Positions 41,836-48,842 of a stretch of 64,000 nt of DNA are shown piece after piece (positions within the stretch are counted from its first letter, which is position 1; each line of letters opens with the position of its first letter). The position numbers were made by a program, and so were the translations under genes. Under the pieces are notes generated by a model that was not told the origin of the DNA, ran no database searches, and worked only from the letters and a program-made list of their open reading frames with translations. Origin of the DNA: a virus. The DNA lies in the IMG/VR virus record IMGVR_UViG_3300042937_000216, positions 1 through 64,000 of that record; one strand, written 5' to 3'.

Positions 41836-42576
41836 ATAGAGTAATTCTTGTTACAGGCGGATTTTGATCCGTTACACAGCGGGCATATAGAATATTTTAA
41901 AGCTGCTAAAGCTCTTGGCAACATACTGGTCGTCGGAGTTAATAGTGATGTCTGGTTAGAGCGTAAGAAAGGTCGTGCGTTTATGCCCAGCGCAGAACGT
42001 GTGGCTATTATTGAGAATTTAAAAATGGTAGATCACTGTGTACTGTTCGACGACAGTGATGATAGTGCTCGTGAAGCAATACGTAATGTTAAGACGATGT
42101 ACCCTAACAGTCAGATAGTATTTGCCAATGGTGGGGATCGCACAGCTAACAACATTCCGGAAATGACCGAGTCTGATGTAGTGTTTAAATTTGGCATAGG
42201 TGGCCAAAACAAGCTCAACAGTAGCAGTTGGATTTTAGAGGAGTGGAAAGCGCCTAAAACCATTCGATCTTGGGGCTATTATCGTGTATTACATGACGTT
42301 TCTGGTGCCAAAGTAAAGGAATTAACCATTGACCCAGGTAAGAGCTTATCATTACAGCGACACGAGCACAGAACTGAATTCTGGCTGGTAACAGAAGGCA
42401 AGTGCCGAGTAACCAGCGGTGACAAACTAGCAGAAGAATTATGTAGGCACGACACTATCGAAGTACCTGAAGGCGCCTGGCATCAACTAAGTAATCCGTT
42501 TGTTGAACCGTGTCGTATAGTAGAATTACAATATGGCGCACGTTGTTTAGAGTCTGACATCGAACGTAAAGAATAA
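41832..42576 (+). CDS. Cytidylyltransferase-like (HxGH) plus mannose-6-P-isomerase-type cupin fusion; +1 frameshift after codon 11
   Basis: MNRVILVTGGF then +1 frame DPLHSGH..VGVNSD..RKKG..FANGGDR; cupin RSWG..LSLQRH..WHQL.N. Confidence 0.8.
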
Positions 42577-42586
42577 ATACAATACT

Positions 42587-43711
42587 ATGAAAATATTTGA
42601 AGTTACTGAAAAAGTTACCAGTTCTGAACGAGTTAGATATAACAGCGAAATAGCTATGCTACTAGCATTCACTGGTGGTGAATTAAAATCATTTAATCCA
42701 GCTGCTCCGGAAGAATCAATTCCGGCTGTATCTTTAGCTAACCCTCAAGAAGTATATGAAGGAATTAAACGTTTTTTAGCCCCTAACTTCGATCCTGTTT
42801 TATTTGAAAAATGGTATGCTAGAACTTTAAACTATATTCCAAAAATTCAAAATAAAATGGACGTCACTCCTAACCAATATACTTGGGCAGCTGGACAGAA
42901 TAAAGCAGATGATGCAGCCGATATAGGATTTGTGGGCACATTAGAAGCTGGAGTTAGCGTTAAAGATGTGGGCGGTATTACGTTATCAAATCTGACTCCG
43001 GACGCAGTTGGTCTTGGTGGTGGCGGTGATGTTATTGCTAAACATGCCGCTCCTGAATTTGCACATTTAAAAACAGTTGTATTCACAGAAGTAATGAAAT
43101 TAGCCTTAGCATCACCTGACAAATTGTTATCTTGGCACACTAAACACCAAAAATATTACATTACATATAGTACTGAAAAGAAAAAGTTTATTGTTGTTGG
43201 AAAAGGCGGCGGCGAGTCTGTGCAAACCGTTGAATTAACTCAACAAGAAATATTAAGTCAGGTGGCAACTAACAAAGATTGGCAACGTCCGTTTGGTGAT
43301 TGGGCTGTGGCCAATTGGAAAAACCCAGTTCTTCAAGCCGCTGCTCAACCATTGATTAACAAAGTCGCTGGCGATTTTGAAAAGATTATCGAAACAACCT
43401 TACAGGATAACGCTAAATTAGCAAATTTATTGCGCTTTGCGGCCAAACCGTACTTCTATGCTACTACAAAAAACTTATTCTATGTACCAACACTAGCAAC
43501 AGTCAATGAGTTAAAAGTTAAAAATGTGTATTTCGCCAGACCAAACGGTTGGACATTAAAATTCTTAGCAGACATTGGCCGAGAAGATAGCGAACAGAGC
43601 GCACGTGTTGAAATTCATATCAGATATGCCAATGGTATGTTTGCTTGTAATCCTACCGTGCGTGTACAAAGTCTTAAACTTCCACAGTTTATCAGCTGGG
43701 AACTCTTGTAA
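42587..43711 (+). CDS. Putative PD-(D/E)xK restriction-endonuclease-like protein
   Basis: AADIGF...GVSVK catalytic-like motif; adjacent to a DNA methyltransferase. Confidence 0.45.
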   Translation: MKIFEVTEKVTSSERVRYNSEIAMLLAFTGGELKSFNPAAPEESIPAVSLANPQEVYEGIKRFLAPNFDPVLFEKWYARTLNYIPKIQNKMDVTPNQYTWAAGQNKADDAADIGFVGTLEAGVSVKDVGGITLSNLTPDAVGLGGGGDVIAKHAAPEFAHLKTVVFTEVMKLALASPDKLLSWHTKHQKYYITYSTEKKKFIVVGKGGGESVQTVELTQQEILSQVATNKDWQRPFGDWAVANWKNPVLQAAAQPLINKVAGDFEKIIETTLQDNAKLANLLRFAAKPYFYATTKNLFYVPTLATVNELKVKNVYFARPNGWTLKFLADIGREDSEQSARVEIHIRYANGMFACNPTVRVQSLKLPQFISWELL

Positions 43712-43739
43712 TTTAATTCAATTGACTGTATAATACAGT

Positions 43740-44681
43740 ATGACTCTCAAACCTGTAAACGCACATCTTGACAGTGTTACCATCGGTGATGTTGAACTTC
43801 ACAAACTAATCACGACAGCAGAACTAGATAAAGATCTAAAGAATCTAGACAAGTTTGATGCTGAGTCTAACGCCAACAACTTTGCTGGCAATCCTTTCTT
43901 ATATCATTTTCAGTTTAAGAACTTATTAAACTGCCGTAGAAAAGATGGCAAGACCATATATGATATTTGGAACGATAAACCAGAGTGGGATAAGTTAATA
44001 GACAGCACACGTAAACGTAACCGAGGCGGGCGCACTGCCGCTGGCAATGTGTTTGAATGTTTCCGTATTAACCTAGGTAGTATTGTGATGTTCAAAGCAA
44101 CTACTGCCAAGTATCTTTATAAGAAGTACAATGCTACTAGTGTCTTAGATCCAACAGCAGGATGGGGCGGAAGACTATTAGGTGCTTGGAGTTTAGGCAT
44201 AGACTATACAGGCATTGACACTAACGTGGAAATGAAACCTGCGTATGAGAATATGATCACATTCTTAGATGAGTATACAGGATTTAAGAATAAGAATTTC
44301 AAAGTTGAACGTAACGGACAGCGCCAAATGATATGGGATAGCTGTTTAGCAGTAGACTTTAGTAAGTTGGACTACGACTTTGTATTGACTAGTCCGCCAT
44401 ACGTTAATTTAGAACTGTATGAACACATGACTCCTTGGGAAAAGGATGAAGACTTTTATACTAACTTCTTTATTCCCTTGTGGGCAAAATGTTGTAAGCA
44501 TATTAAACAGGGCGGCAACGTTGCGTTTAACATTAGTCCTAAGATGTATGAAGATGCGCTCAAGCATGGACTAACACCTTGTGATGAGGAAGAAGACCTA
44601 CTACAACAAATGGGTCAGAAGAAAGAGCTGTTGACCACAGGCAAAAAGAAACACGATAAGATTTATATTTGGCATTGTTAA
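43740..44681 (+). CDS. DNA amino-methyltransferase (N4-C/N6-A)
   Basis: Motif I LDPTAGWGG followed by motif IV TSPPY; TTGTAA-17-TATAAT promoter at 43706-43734. Confidence 0.85.
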   Translation: MTLKPVNAHLDSVTIGDVELHKLITTAELDKDLKNLDKFDAESNANNFAGNPFLYHFQFKNLLNCRRKDGKTIYDIWNDKPEWDKLIDSTRKRNRGGRTAAGNVFECFRINLGSIVMFKATTAKYLYKKYNATSVLDPTAGWGGRLLGAWSLGIDYTGIDTNVEMKPAYENMITFLDEYTGFKNKNFKVERNGQRQMIWDSCLAVDFSKLDYDFVLTSPPYVNLELYEHMTPWEKDEDFYTNFFIPLWAKCCKHIKQGGNVAFNISPKMYEDALKHGLTPCDEEEDLLQQMGQKKELLTTGKKKHDKIYIWHC

Positions 44682-44689
44682 AATAATAG

Positions 44690-44790
44690 TTGACAATGAC
44701 ACAAAAAGGCCATATAATATACATATATTTTAAGTAAGACATAAATAAATTAACAAACAGGTTGACAGGCTAATAAATAGACTGTATAAT
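44690..44790 (+). promoter_or_regulatory. Tandem sigma70 promoters (44690-44718, 44762-44790) plus late TAAATA box, heading the tRNA region
   Basis: Two perfect TTGACA-17-TATAAT; CATAAATA at about 44740. Confidence 0.85.
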
Positions 44791-44833
44791 AGTTTTTATA
44801 GTAAGAAATTAATTAAAGGAATGCGAAAGCAAA

Positions 44834-44965
44834 ATGTTTAACCAGCTACATCAATTTAAAATATCGAAACAAGTGTGCGCACTTGCCACGATGTCTTATT
44901 GGTCAGCGATTGAGACATTAGGCAATGATCGCACACCGAATAGTATCTATGGGGATCTTAGTTAG
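44834..44965 (+). CDS. Putative attenuator leader peptide, 43 aa, containing all 20 amino acids
   Basis: MFNQLHQFKISKQVCALATMSYWSAIETLGNDRTPNSIYGDLS*. Lies between the promoter and terminator; AAGGA 13 nt upstream. Confidence 0.7.
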   Translation: MFNQLHQFKISKQVCALATMSYWSAIETLGNDRTPNSIYGDLS

Positions 44966-45010
44966 AGTTTATATATAATATAAATGAATTTTAATTAAGA
45001 ACCCTAAGAT
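44945..45010 (+). promoter_or_regulatory. Antiterminator hairpin
   Basis: 44956-44972 pairs with 44984-45000 (17 bp incl. G-U), extended by UGGGG/CCCUA and AUCU/AGAU. It sequesters the terminator 5' arm. Confidence 0.7.
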
Positions 45011-45035
45011 CGAAAGACTTAGGGTTTTTTGTTTT
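45000..45035 (+). terminator. Intrinsic terminator (attenuator)
   Basis: aaccctaag-a-tc-GAAA-ga-cttagggtt followed by ttttgtttt. Confidence 0.85.
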
Positions 45036-45246
45036 ATGTGTCTCGGAAACGAGGTCCAGGCAAGGCACATTAAAGATAGTATGTTAAACGGGCGGACAAG
45101 TGGATGGCATGTTCTTATGTGAACAGAAAATACTTGTTATAATAAAGTACATTAATTGGCAACTAGGTCCCACGCAATGTGGATTATGTCAGAGGCGAGT
45201 AATTAGTGTGCTTTATTATACGCATTCATATGAGTGCGTTAACAGT

Positions 45247-45329
45247 TTGTAGATAGTCCTGTTGGGCCAGGAGCCTAGCCATGCTAGGTCAAGATCGCAA
45301 CTTGTTGGGTTCGATTCCCAGTCTACAAT
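45247..45329 (+). ncRNA. tRNA-like RNA (8/4 or 7/5 fold, long variable arm, aberrant CAU anticodon loop, no encoded CCA)
   Basis: Stems TTGTAGAT/GTCTACAA, TCCTG/CAGGA, CCTAGC-cat-GCTAGG, CAAG/CTTG, TGGG-TTCGATT-CCCA. Confidence 0.6.
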
Positions 45330-45383
45330 TTAACACGGCTCCTATCTATTGCCTACAGGGATAGCTTAGGAGTTATTTTATAA

Positions 45384-45462
45384 CTCAGTGTCGTATAGCC
45401 AGGCCTATTATGCGTGCTTTGGGAGCATGAGATCGTTGGTTCGAATCCAACCACTGAGACCA
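45384..45462 (+). tRNA. tRNA-Pro(UGG)
   Basis: Cloverleaf, loop TTTGGGA, CCA end. Confidence 0.9.
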
Positions 45463-45469
45463 AGTTTAT

Positions 45470-45554
45470 GGAGGTGTAGGAAAATTGGTAACCCCAGCGG
45501 ACTGTAAATCCGCCGCCCCTGGCATTGTTGGTTCAAGTCCAACCGCCTCCACCA
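45470..45554 (+). tRNA. tRNA-Tyr(GUA)
   Basis: Loop CTGTAAA, variable arm, CCA. Confidence 0.9.
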
Positions 45555-45560
45555 TATAAC

Positions 45561-45636
45561 GGAATGATAGCTCAATTGGTAGAGCAAGATGCTTTTAACG
45601 TCGAGGTTTAGGGTTCAAGTCCCTATCGTTCCACCA
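45561..45636 (+). tRNA. tRNA-Lys(UUU)
   Basis: Loop CTTTTAA, CCA. Confidence 0.9.
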
Positions 45637-45641
45637 GTAAT

Positions 45642-45719
45642 GGTCTGTTAGAATAGTTGGCCTACTTCGCCTGCCTGTCACGTAGGAGATCACGGGTTCG
45701 AATCCCGTACAGACCGCCA
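45642..45719 (+). tRNA. tRNA-Asp(GUC)
   Basis: Loop CTGTCAC, G73, CCA. Confidence 0.9.
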
Positions 45720-45727
45720 AAAAGATG

Positions 45728-45756
45728 TTGACAACTAACAATATAGAATATATAAT
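45728..45756 (+). promoter_or_regulatory. Internal sigma70 promoter in the tRNA array
   Basis: TTGACA-17-TATAAT. Confidence 0.85.
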
Positions 45757-45771
45757 AGTTGTATAGTTAAT

Positions 45772-45846
45772 AGCGGGGTGGGGAAGTGGCAACCCGTCGG
45801 GCTCATAACCCGAAGATCGGCAGTTCGAATCTGTCCTCCGCAACCA
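45772..45846 (+). tRNA. Initiator tRNA-fMet(CAU)
   Basis: 1-72 mismatch, GGG/CCC anticodon stem, loop CTCATAA. Confidence 0.85.
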
Positions 45847-45851
45847 GTAAT

Positions 45852-45927
45852 GCCGGATTAGCTCAGTTGGTAGAGCAGCGCACTTGTAATGCGAAGGTCG
45901 TCAGTTCGATTCCGACATCCGGCACCA
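45852..45927 (+). tRNA. tRNA-Thr(UGU)
   Basis: Loop CTTGTAA, CCA. Confidence 0.9.
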
Positions 45928-45933
45928 GTTTAG

Positions 45934-46009
45934 GCTCCCATCGTCTAGAGGCCTAGGACACCCGCCTTTCACGCAGGTAACACGAGTTCGAATCTCGTTG
46001 GGAGTACCA
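45934..46009 (+). tRNA. tRNA-Glu(UUC)
   Basis: Loop CTTTCAC, CCA. Confidence 0.9.
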
Positions 46010-46014
46010 AACAT

Positions 46015-46099
46015 GCCTCTGTGGTGGAATTGGTATACACGCTGGTCTTAGAAGCCAGTGCCGAAAGGCTTGAGAGTTCGAGTCTCTCCGGGGGCACCA
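46015..46099 (+). tRNA. tRNA-Leu(UAG)
   Basis: Loop CTTAGAA, variable arm, CCA. Confidence 0.9.
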
Positions 46100-46102
46100 A
46101 AT

Positions 46103-46176
46103 GCGGGATTAGTATAATGGTATTATGACAGCCTTCCAAGCTGATGACGAGGGTTCGATTCCCTTATCCCGCTCCA
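46103..46176 (+). tRNA. tRNA-Gly(UCC)
   Basis: Loop CTTCCAA, U73, CCA. Confidence 0.9.
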
Positions 46177-46179
46177 AAC

Positions 46180-46385
46180 ACTAGCTTTACACTTTGCGCT
46201 TTATCGAAAGTGGGTTATTGCCAATACCATAACGGCAGGGTACACACGATGGTCTAGACCATACCACAAGTCCCATTGCCGGGAGCCTTGAAAGTATCGT
46301 GGGTGTTTTACTGTTTTTAACCACAAAGCAAACAGGCGGACAGGGTAACTACTCAATCTAGGGCCAGGTGGTGCTGGTAGCTAGT
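46180..46385 (+). ncRNA. Candidate structured ncRNA (~205 nt) between tRNA-Gly and tRNA-Ala
   Basis: Ends pair (ACTAGCT/AGCTAGT); several internal helices; no ORF in the track. Confidence 0.5.
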
Positions 46386-46393
46386 CCTTACAC

Positions 46394-46469
46394 GGGGGTG
46401 TAGCTCAGTTGGGAGAGCGCATGCTTTGCAAGCATGATGTCGCAAGTTCGATCCTTGTCACCTCCACCA
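46394..46469 (+). tRNA. tRNA-Ala(UGC)
   Basis: G3-U70, loop TTTGCAA, CCA. Confidence 0.9.
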
Positions 46470-46476
46470 TACAATA

Positions 46477-46551
46477 GGACGGTTAGCTCAGCGGTAGAGC
46501 AGGGCCCTTACAAGGCCAAGGTCAAAAGTTCAATCCTTTTACTGTCCACCA
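46477..46551 (+). tRNA. tRNA-Val(UAC)
   Basis: Loop CTTACAA, CCA. Confidence 0.9.
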
Positions 46552-46558
46552 AGTTTAT

Positions 46559-46633
46559 TCCGAAGTAGCGTAGCGGTAGCGCAGAAGACTGTTAATCTTT
46601 TGGTCGGTGGTTCGATCCCACCCTTCGGAGCCA
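46559..46633 (+). tRNA. tRNA-Asn(GUU)
   Basis: Loop CTGTTAA, CCA. Confidence 0.9.
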
Positions 46634-46641
46634 TTTTAAAT

Positions 46642-46716
46642 AGTCTGTTAGCTCAGCGGTAGAGCAGGGTGTTGATAACGCCAAGGTCAGTGGTTCAATC
46701 CCACTACGGACTACCA
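46642..46716 (+). tRNA. tRNA-Ile(GAU)
   Basis: Loop TTGATAA, CCA. Confidence 0.9.
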
Positions 46717-46750
46717 ATTAAGTTGTTCTTTTCAATCAAAGGTGAATACT

Positions 46751-47221
46751 ATGAAAAAACTAGACATAAACCAAGTGCGTGACTTTATTCAAGCACAAAG
46801 TCTAGAAACCAAAGTCTACATTGGTGGTGACAGTCGACGTTTCCGTAAGAACGGACAATGGCATGCTGAATATACCTTGGCTATTGTAGTACACATTGAT
46901 GGGAAACATGGCTGTAAGATCTTTGGTGAAAGTAGTACTGAAGTGGACTACGATCAAAAACGTAGTCGCCCAAGTATGCGCCTAATGAACGAAGTCTACA
47001 AAATTAGTGAACTGTACTTAAAGCTACACGAAGTATTAGAAGACCGTGAAGTTGCTGTACATTTGGACATTAACCCAAACGAACTACATGGCTCAAGCTG
47101 TGTAGTACAACAGGCTATTGGTTATATCCGCGGAACATGTAACGTTATTCCAATGGTTAAACCAAACGCCTGGGCAGCTAGTTATGCGGCTGATCGTTTA
47201 AAAGAAATTATAGCAGCATAA
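46751..47221 (+). CDS. RNase H-fold YkuK/DUF458-like protein
   Basis: VYIGGDS, RLMNEV..., VHLDIN..GSS, KPNAWAASYAAD. Confidence 0.75.
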   Translation: MKKLDINQVRDFIQAQSLETKVYIGGDSRRFRKNGQWHAEYTLAIVVHIDGKHGCKIFGESSTEVDYDQKRSRPSMRLMNEVYKISELYLKLHEVLEDREVAVHLDINPNELHGSSCVVQQAIGYIRGTCNVIPMVKPNAWAASYAADRLKEIIAA

Positions 47222-47228
47222 GTTTAAT

Positions 47229-47303
47229 TGGGGTATGGTGTAATTGGCAACACAACACACTTTGACTGTGTCGTTTCAAGTTCGAGTCTTGATACCCCTG
47301 CCA
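47229..47303 (+). tRNA. tRNA-Gln(UUG)
   Basis: Loop CTTTGAC, CCA. Confidence 0.9.
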
Positions 47304-47305
47304 GT

Positions 47306-47550
47306 TTTGTTAGTGTGTGTACAGTAACCGTTATGTGACTATAGATTATACTTAATCCTTCTATAGTGTACCCGATGTCTGTAGCAACATATCTTAGGAT
47401 ATGTCTGTTGGTGAATTAAGTGTAGTCAACGACTAACAAATTTAAACAGTATCGGCCACGCCTCTTAACAATGCGCAACATGGTAAGCTGGATTTACAGC
47501 TAAAACTTGAGGACGCTCAAGGCTTCGGTCTTCCGGTGGGATAACCACCA
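47306..47550 (+). ncRNA. Candidate structured ncRNA(s) between tRNA-Gln and tRNA-Trp
   Basis: Rod closed by TTTGTTAGT/ACTAACAAA, followed by a three-hairpin unit. Confidence 0.45.
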
Positions 47551-47556
47551 ATCTAT

Positions 47557-47632
47557 TCCGGTGTAGTGTTAACGGCTAGCACGATGGTCTCCAAAACCAC
47601 AAGACGCGGTTCGAATCCGTGCACCGGAGCCA
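47557..47632 (+). tRNA. tRNA-Trp(CCA)
   Basis: Loop CTCCAAA, CCA. Confidence 0.9.
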
Positions 47633-47707
47633 AACATAATTTGTACAGTATAATGTACAAAATACCCCAAAATTGTACAGGATACTGTACACTTTAATAT
47701 ATAAAAT

Positions 47708-47784
47708 GCAACGGTACCAGAGTGGCCTAATGGCAAGGACTGCAAATCCTTTGTACGTCGGTTCAAATCCGACCCGTTGCTCCA
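47708..47784 (+). tRNA. tRNA-Cys(GCA)
   Basis: Loop CTGCAAA, U73, CCA. Confidence 0.9.
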
Positions 47785-47789
47785 ATTAT

Positions 47790-47866
47790 AGAGATGTAGC
47801 ATAGTGGCCTAATGCACTTGCTTCATACGCAAGCTACCGTAGGTTCAAATCCTACCATCTCTACCA
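47790..47866 (+). tRNA. tRNA-Met(CAU), probably elongator
   Basis: Loop TTCATAC, paired 1-72. Met versus Ile2 identity is uncertain. Confidence 0.75.
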
Positions 47867-47867
47867 C

Positions 47868-47946
47868 GCCCCCATAGCTCAGTCTGGACTAGAGCATAAC
47901 GCTACGAACGTTAGTGTCGGAGGTTCGAATCCTTCTGGGGGCTCCA
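47868..47946 (+). tRNA. tRNA-Arg(ACG)
   Basis: Loop CTACGAA, CCA. Confidence 0.9.
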
Positions 47947-48028
47947 AATAAAATGTTACTGAGCAGTAATATTTGCCGTCAAACCCGGCTAAATCAGTTC
48001 AAATATTACTGAGCAGTAAGATTAAAAT

Positions 48029-48103
48029 GCGGATATAGCGTAGCAGGAAACGCACGTGCTTGCCAAGCATGAGTCACGAGTTCGAATCTCGTTATCCGCT
48101 CCA
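48029..48103 (+). tRNA. tRNA-Gly(GCC)
   Basis: Loop TTGCCAA, U73, CCA. Confidence 0.9.
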
Positions 48104-48105
48104 AT

Positions 48106-48180
48106 GGTGTCTATAGTGTAGCGGCAACACTAAGGATTGTGATTCCTTCATCACGGGTTCGAACCCCGTTAGACACCCCA
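48106..48180 (+). tRNA. tRNA-His(GUG)
   Basis: G-1:C73, loop TTGTGAT, CCA. Confidence 0.9.
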
Positions 48181-48181
48181 C

Positions 48182-48210
48182 TTGACAAGTCAACCAAATG
48201 ACTGTATAAT
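48182..48210 (+). promoter_or_regulatory. Sigma70 promoter
   Basis: TTGACA-17-TATAAT with ATG 7 nt downstream. Confidence 0.85.
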
Positions 48211-48216
48211 ACGCTT

Positions 48217-48459
48217 ATGAATGATGAAGAACAATTAGCATGGGACATATTAAGCACGCCAAATAATGCGGACTTTAAGAATTATCGCAGACAGCATCGT
48301 ATGACATGGTTAACCAAAGACCGTAAGATATTGTTGATCAGAGACATGGAAACAGCACACATCATAAGTTGCGTTAATATGTTAGAAGCATTGGGGCAAG
48401 AAGAAACCTTGGCCTATAATGGCCTAATAGATGAACTAAGAAAGCGAGGACAAGAATAA
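48217..48459 (+). CDS. Hypothetical protein
   Basis: ORF at the predicted start site; WLTKD...IRDMETAHI motif. Confidence 0.6.
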   Translation: MNDEEQLAWDILSTPNNADFKNYRRQHRMTWLTKDRKILLIRDMETAHIISCVNMLEALGQEETLAYNGLIDELRKRGQE

Positions 48460-48842
48460 TGGACTTTACCATTGACTCAGAGTACTTAACAGATGTAACA
48501 ATTCGCAAAGAATGGAACACTTATACACAGAATGGTCGCGTACCAACTAATGAAGAACTTATTTTAATTATTCAAGGTAAAGGTGTGTGTTCAACTACAC
48601 ACTCAGAAGACCATCCGGAGTTTGCTAAGTTGCGTGAGCAGTTAGGCGAGTTGGGTTATATTGAGATTCAACGCAGTTGGTGGAATGGAGATAGAGTTCT
48701 AAAGCCGTTCAAACTTAACGGCAGAAAGTTCAAAGAGGGTGATCAGTTTAGTTGTGGTAGTGCAATGGGTAATCATCTTATTGTACGTGCCAAACACCCG
48801 GAATATTATAAGGATGAATACGATGATGAAACCATGGATTGA
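48459..48842 (+). CDS. Hypothetical protein
   Basis: GAGGA RBS; coupled to the upstream ORF. Confidence 0.6.
   Translation: MDFTIDSEYLTDVTIRKEWNTYTQNGRVPTNEELILIIQGKGVCSTTHSEDHPEFAKLREQLGELGYIEIQRSWWNGDRVLKPFKLNGRKFKEGDQFSCGSAMGNHLIVRAKHPEYYKDEYDDETMD

Noticed and set aside
41138-41871. Canonical group I intron around the HNH
   Set aside because: Boundaries fit U/G, but only ~30-35 nt flank the ORF and no P7-type core elements are visible.
44821-44841. Alternative micro-ORF MRKQNV* overlapping the leader start
   Set aside because: AAGGA abuts the ATG with zero spacing, so initiation is unlikely; a modulating role cannot be excluded.
47641-48019. CRISPR mini-array or LexA boxes
   Set aside because: Only two copies of each repeat, which differ between loci; no CTGT-N8-ACAG spacing and no cas genes.
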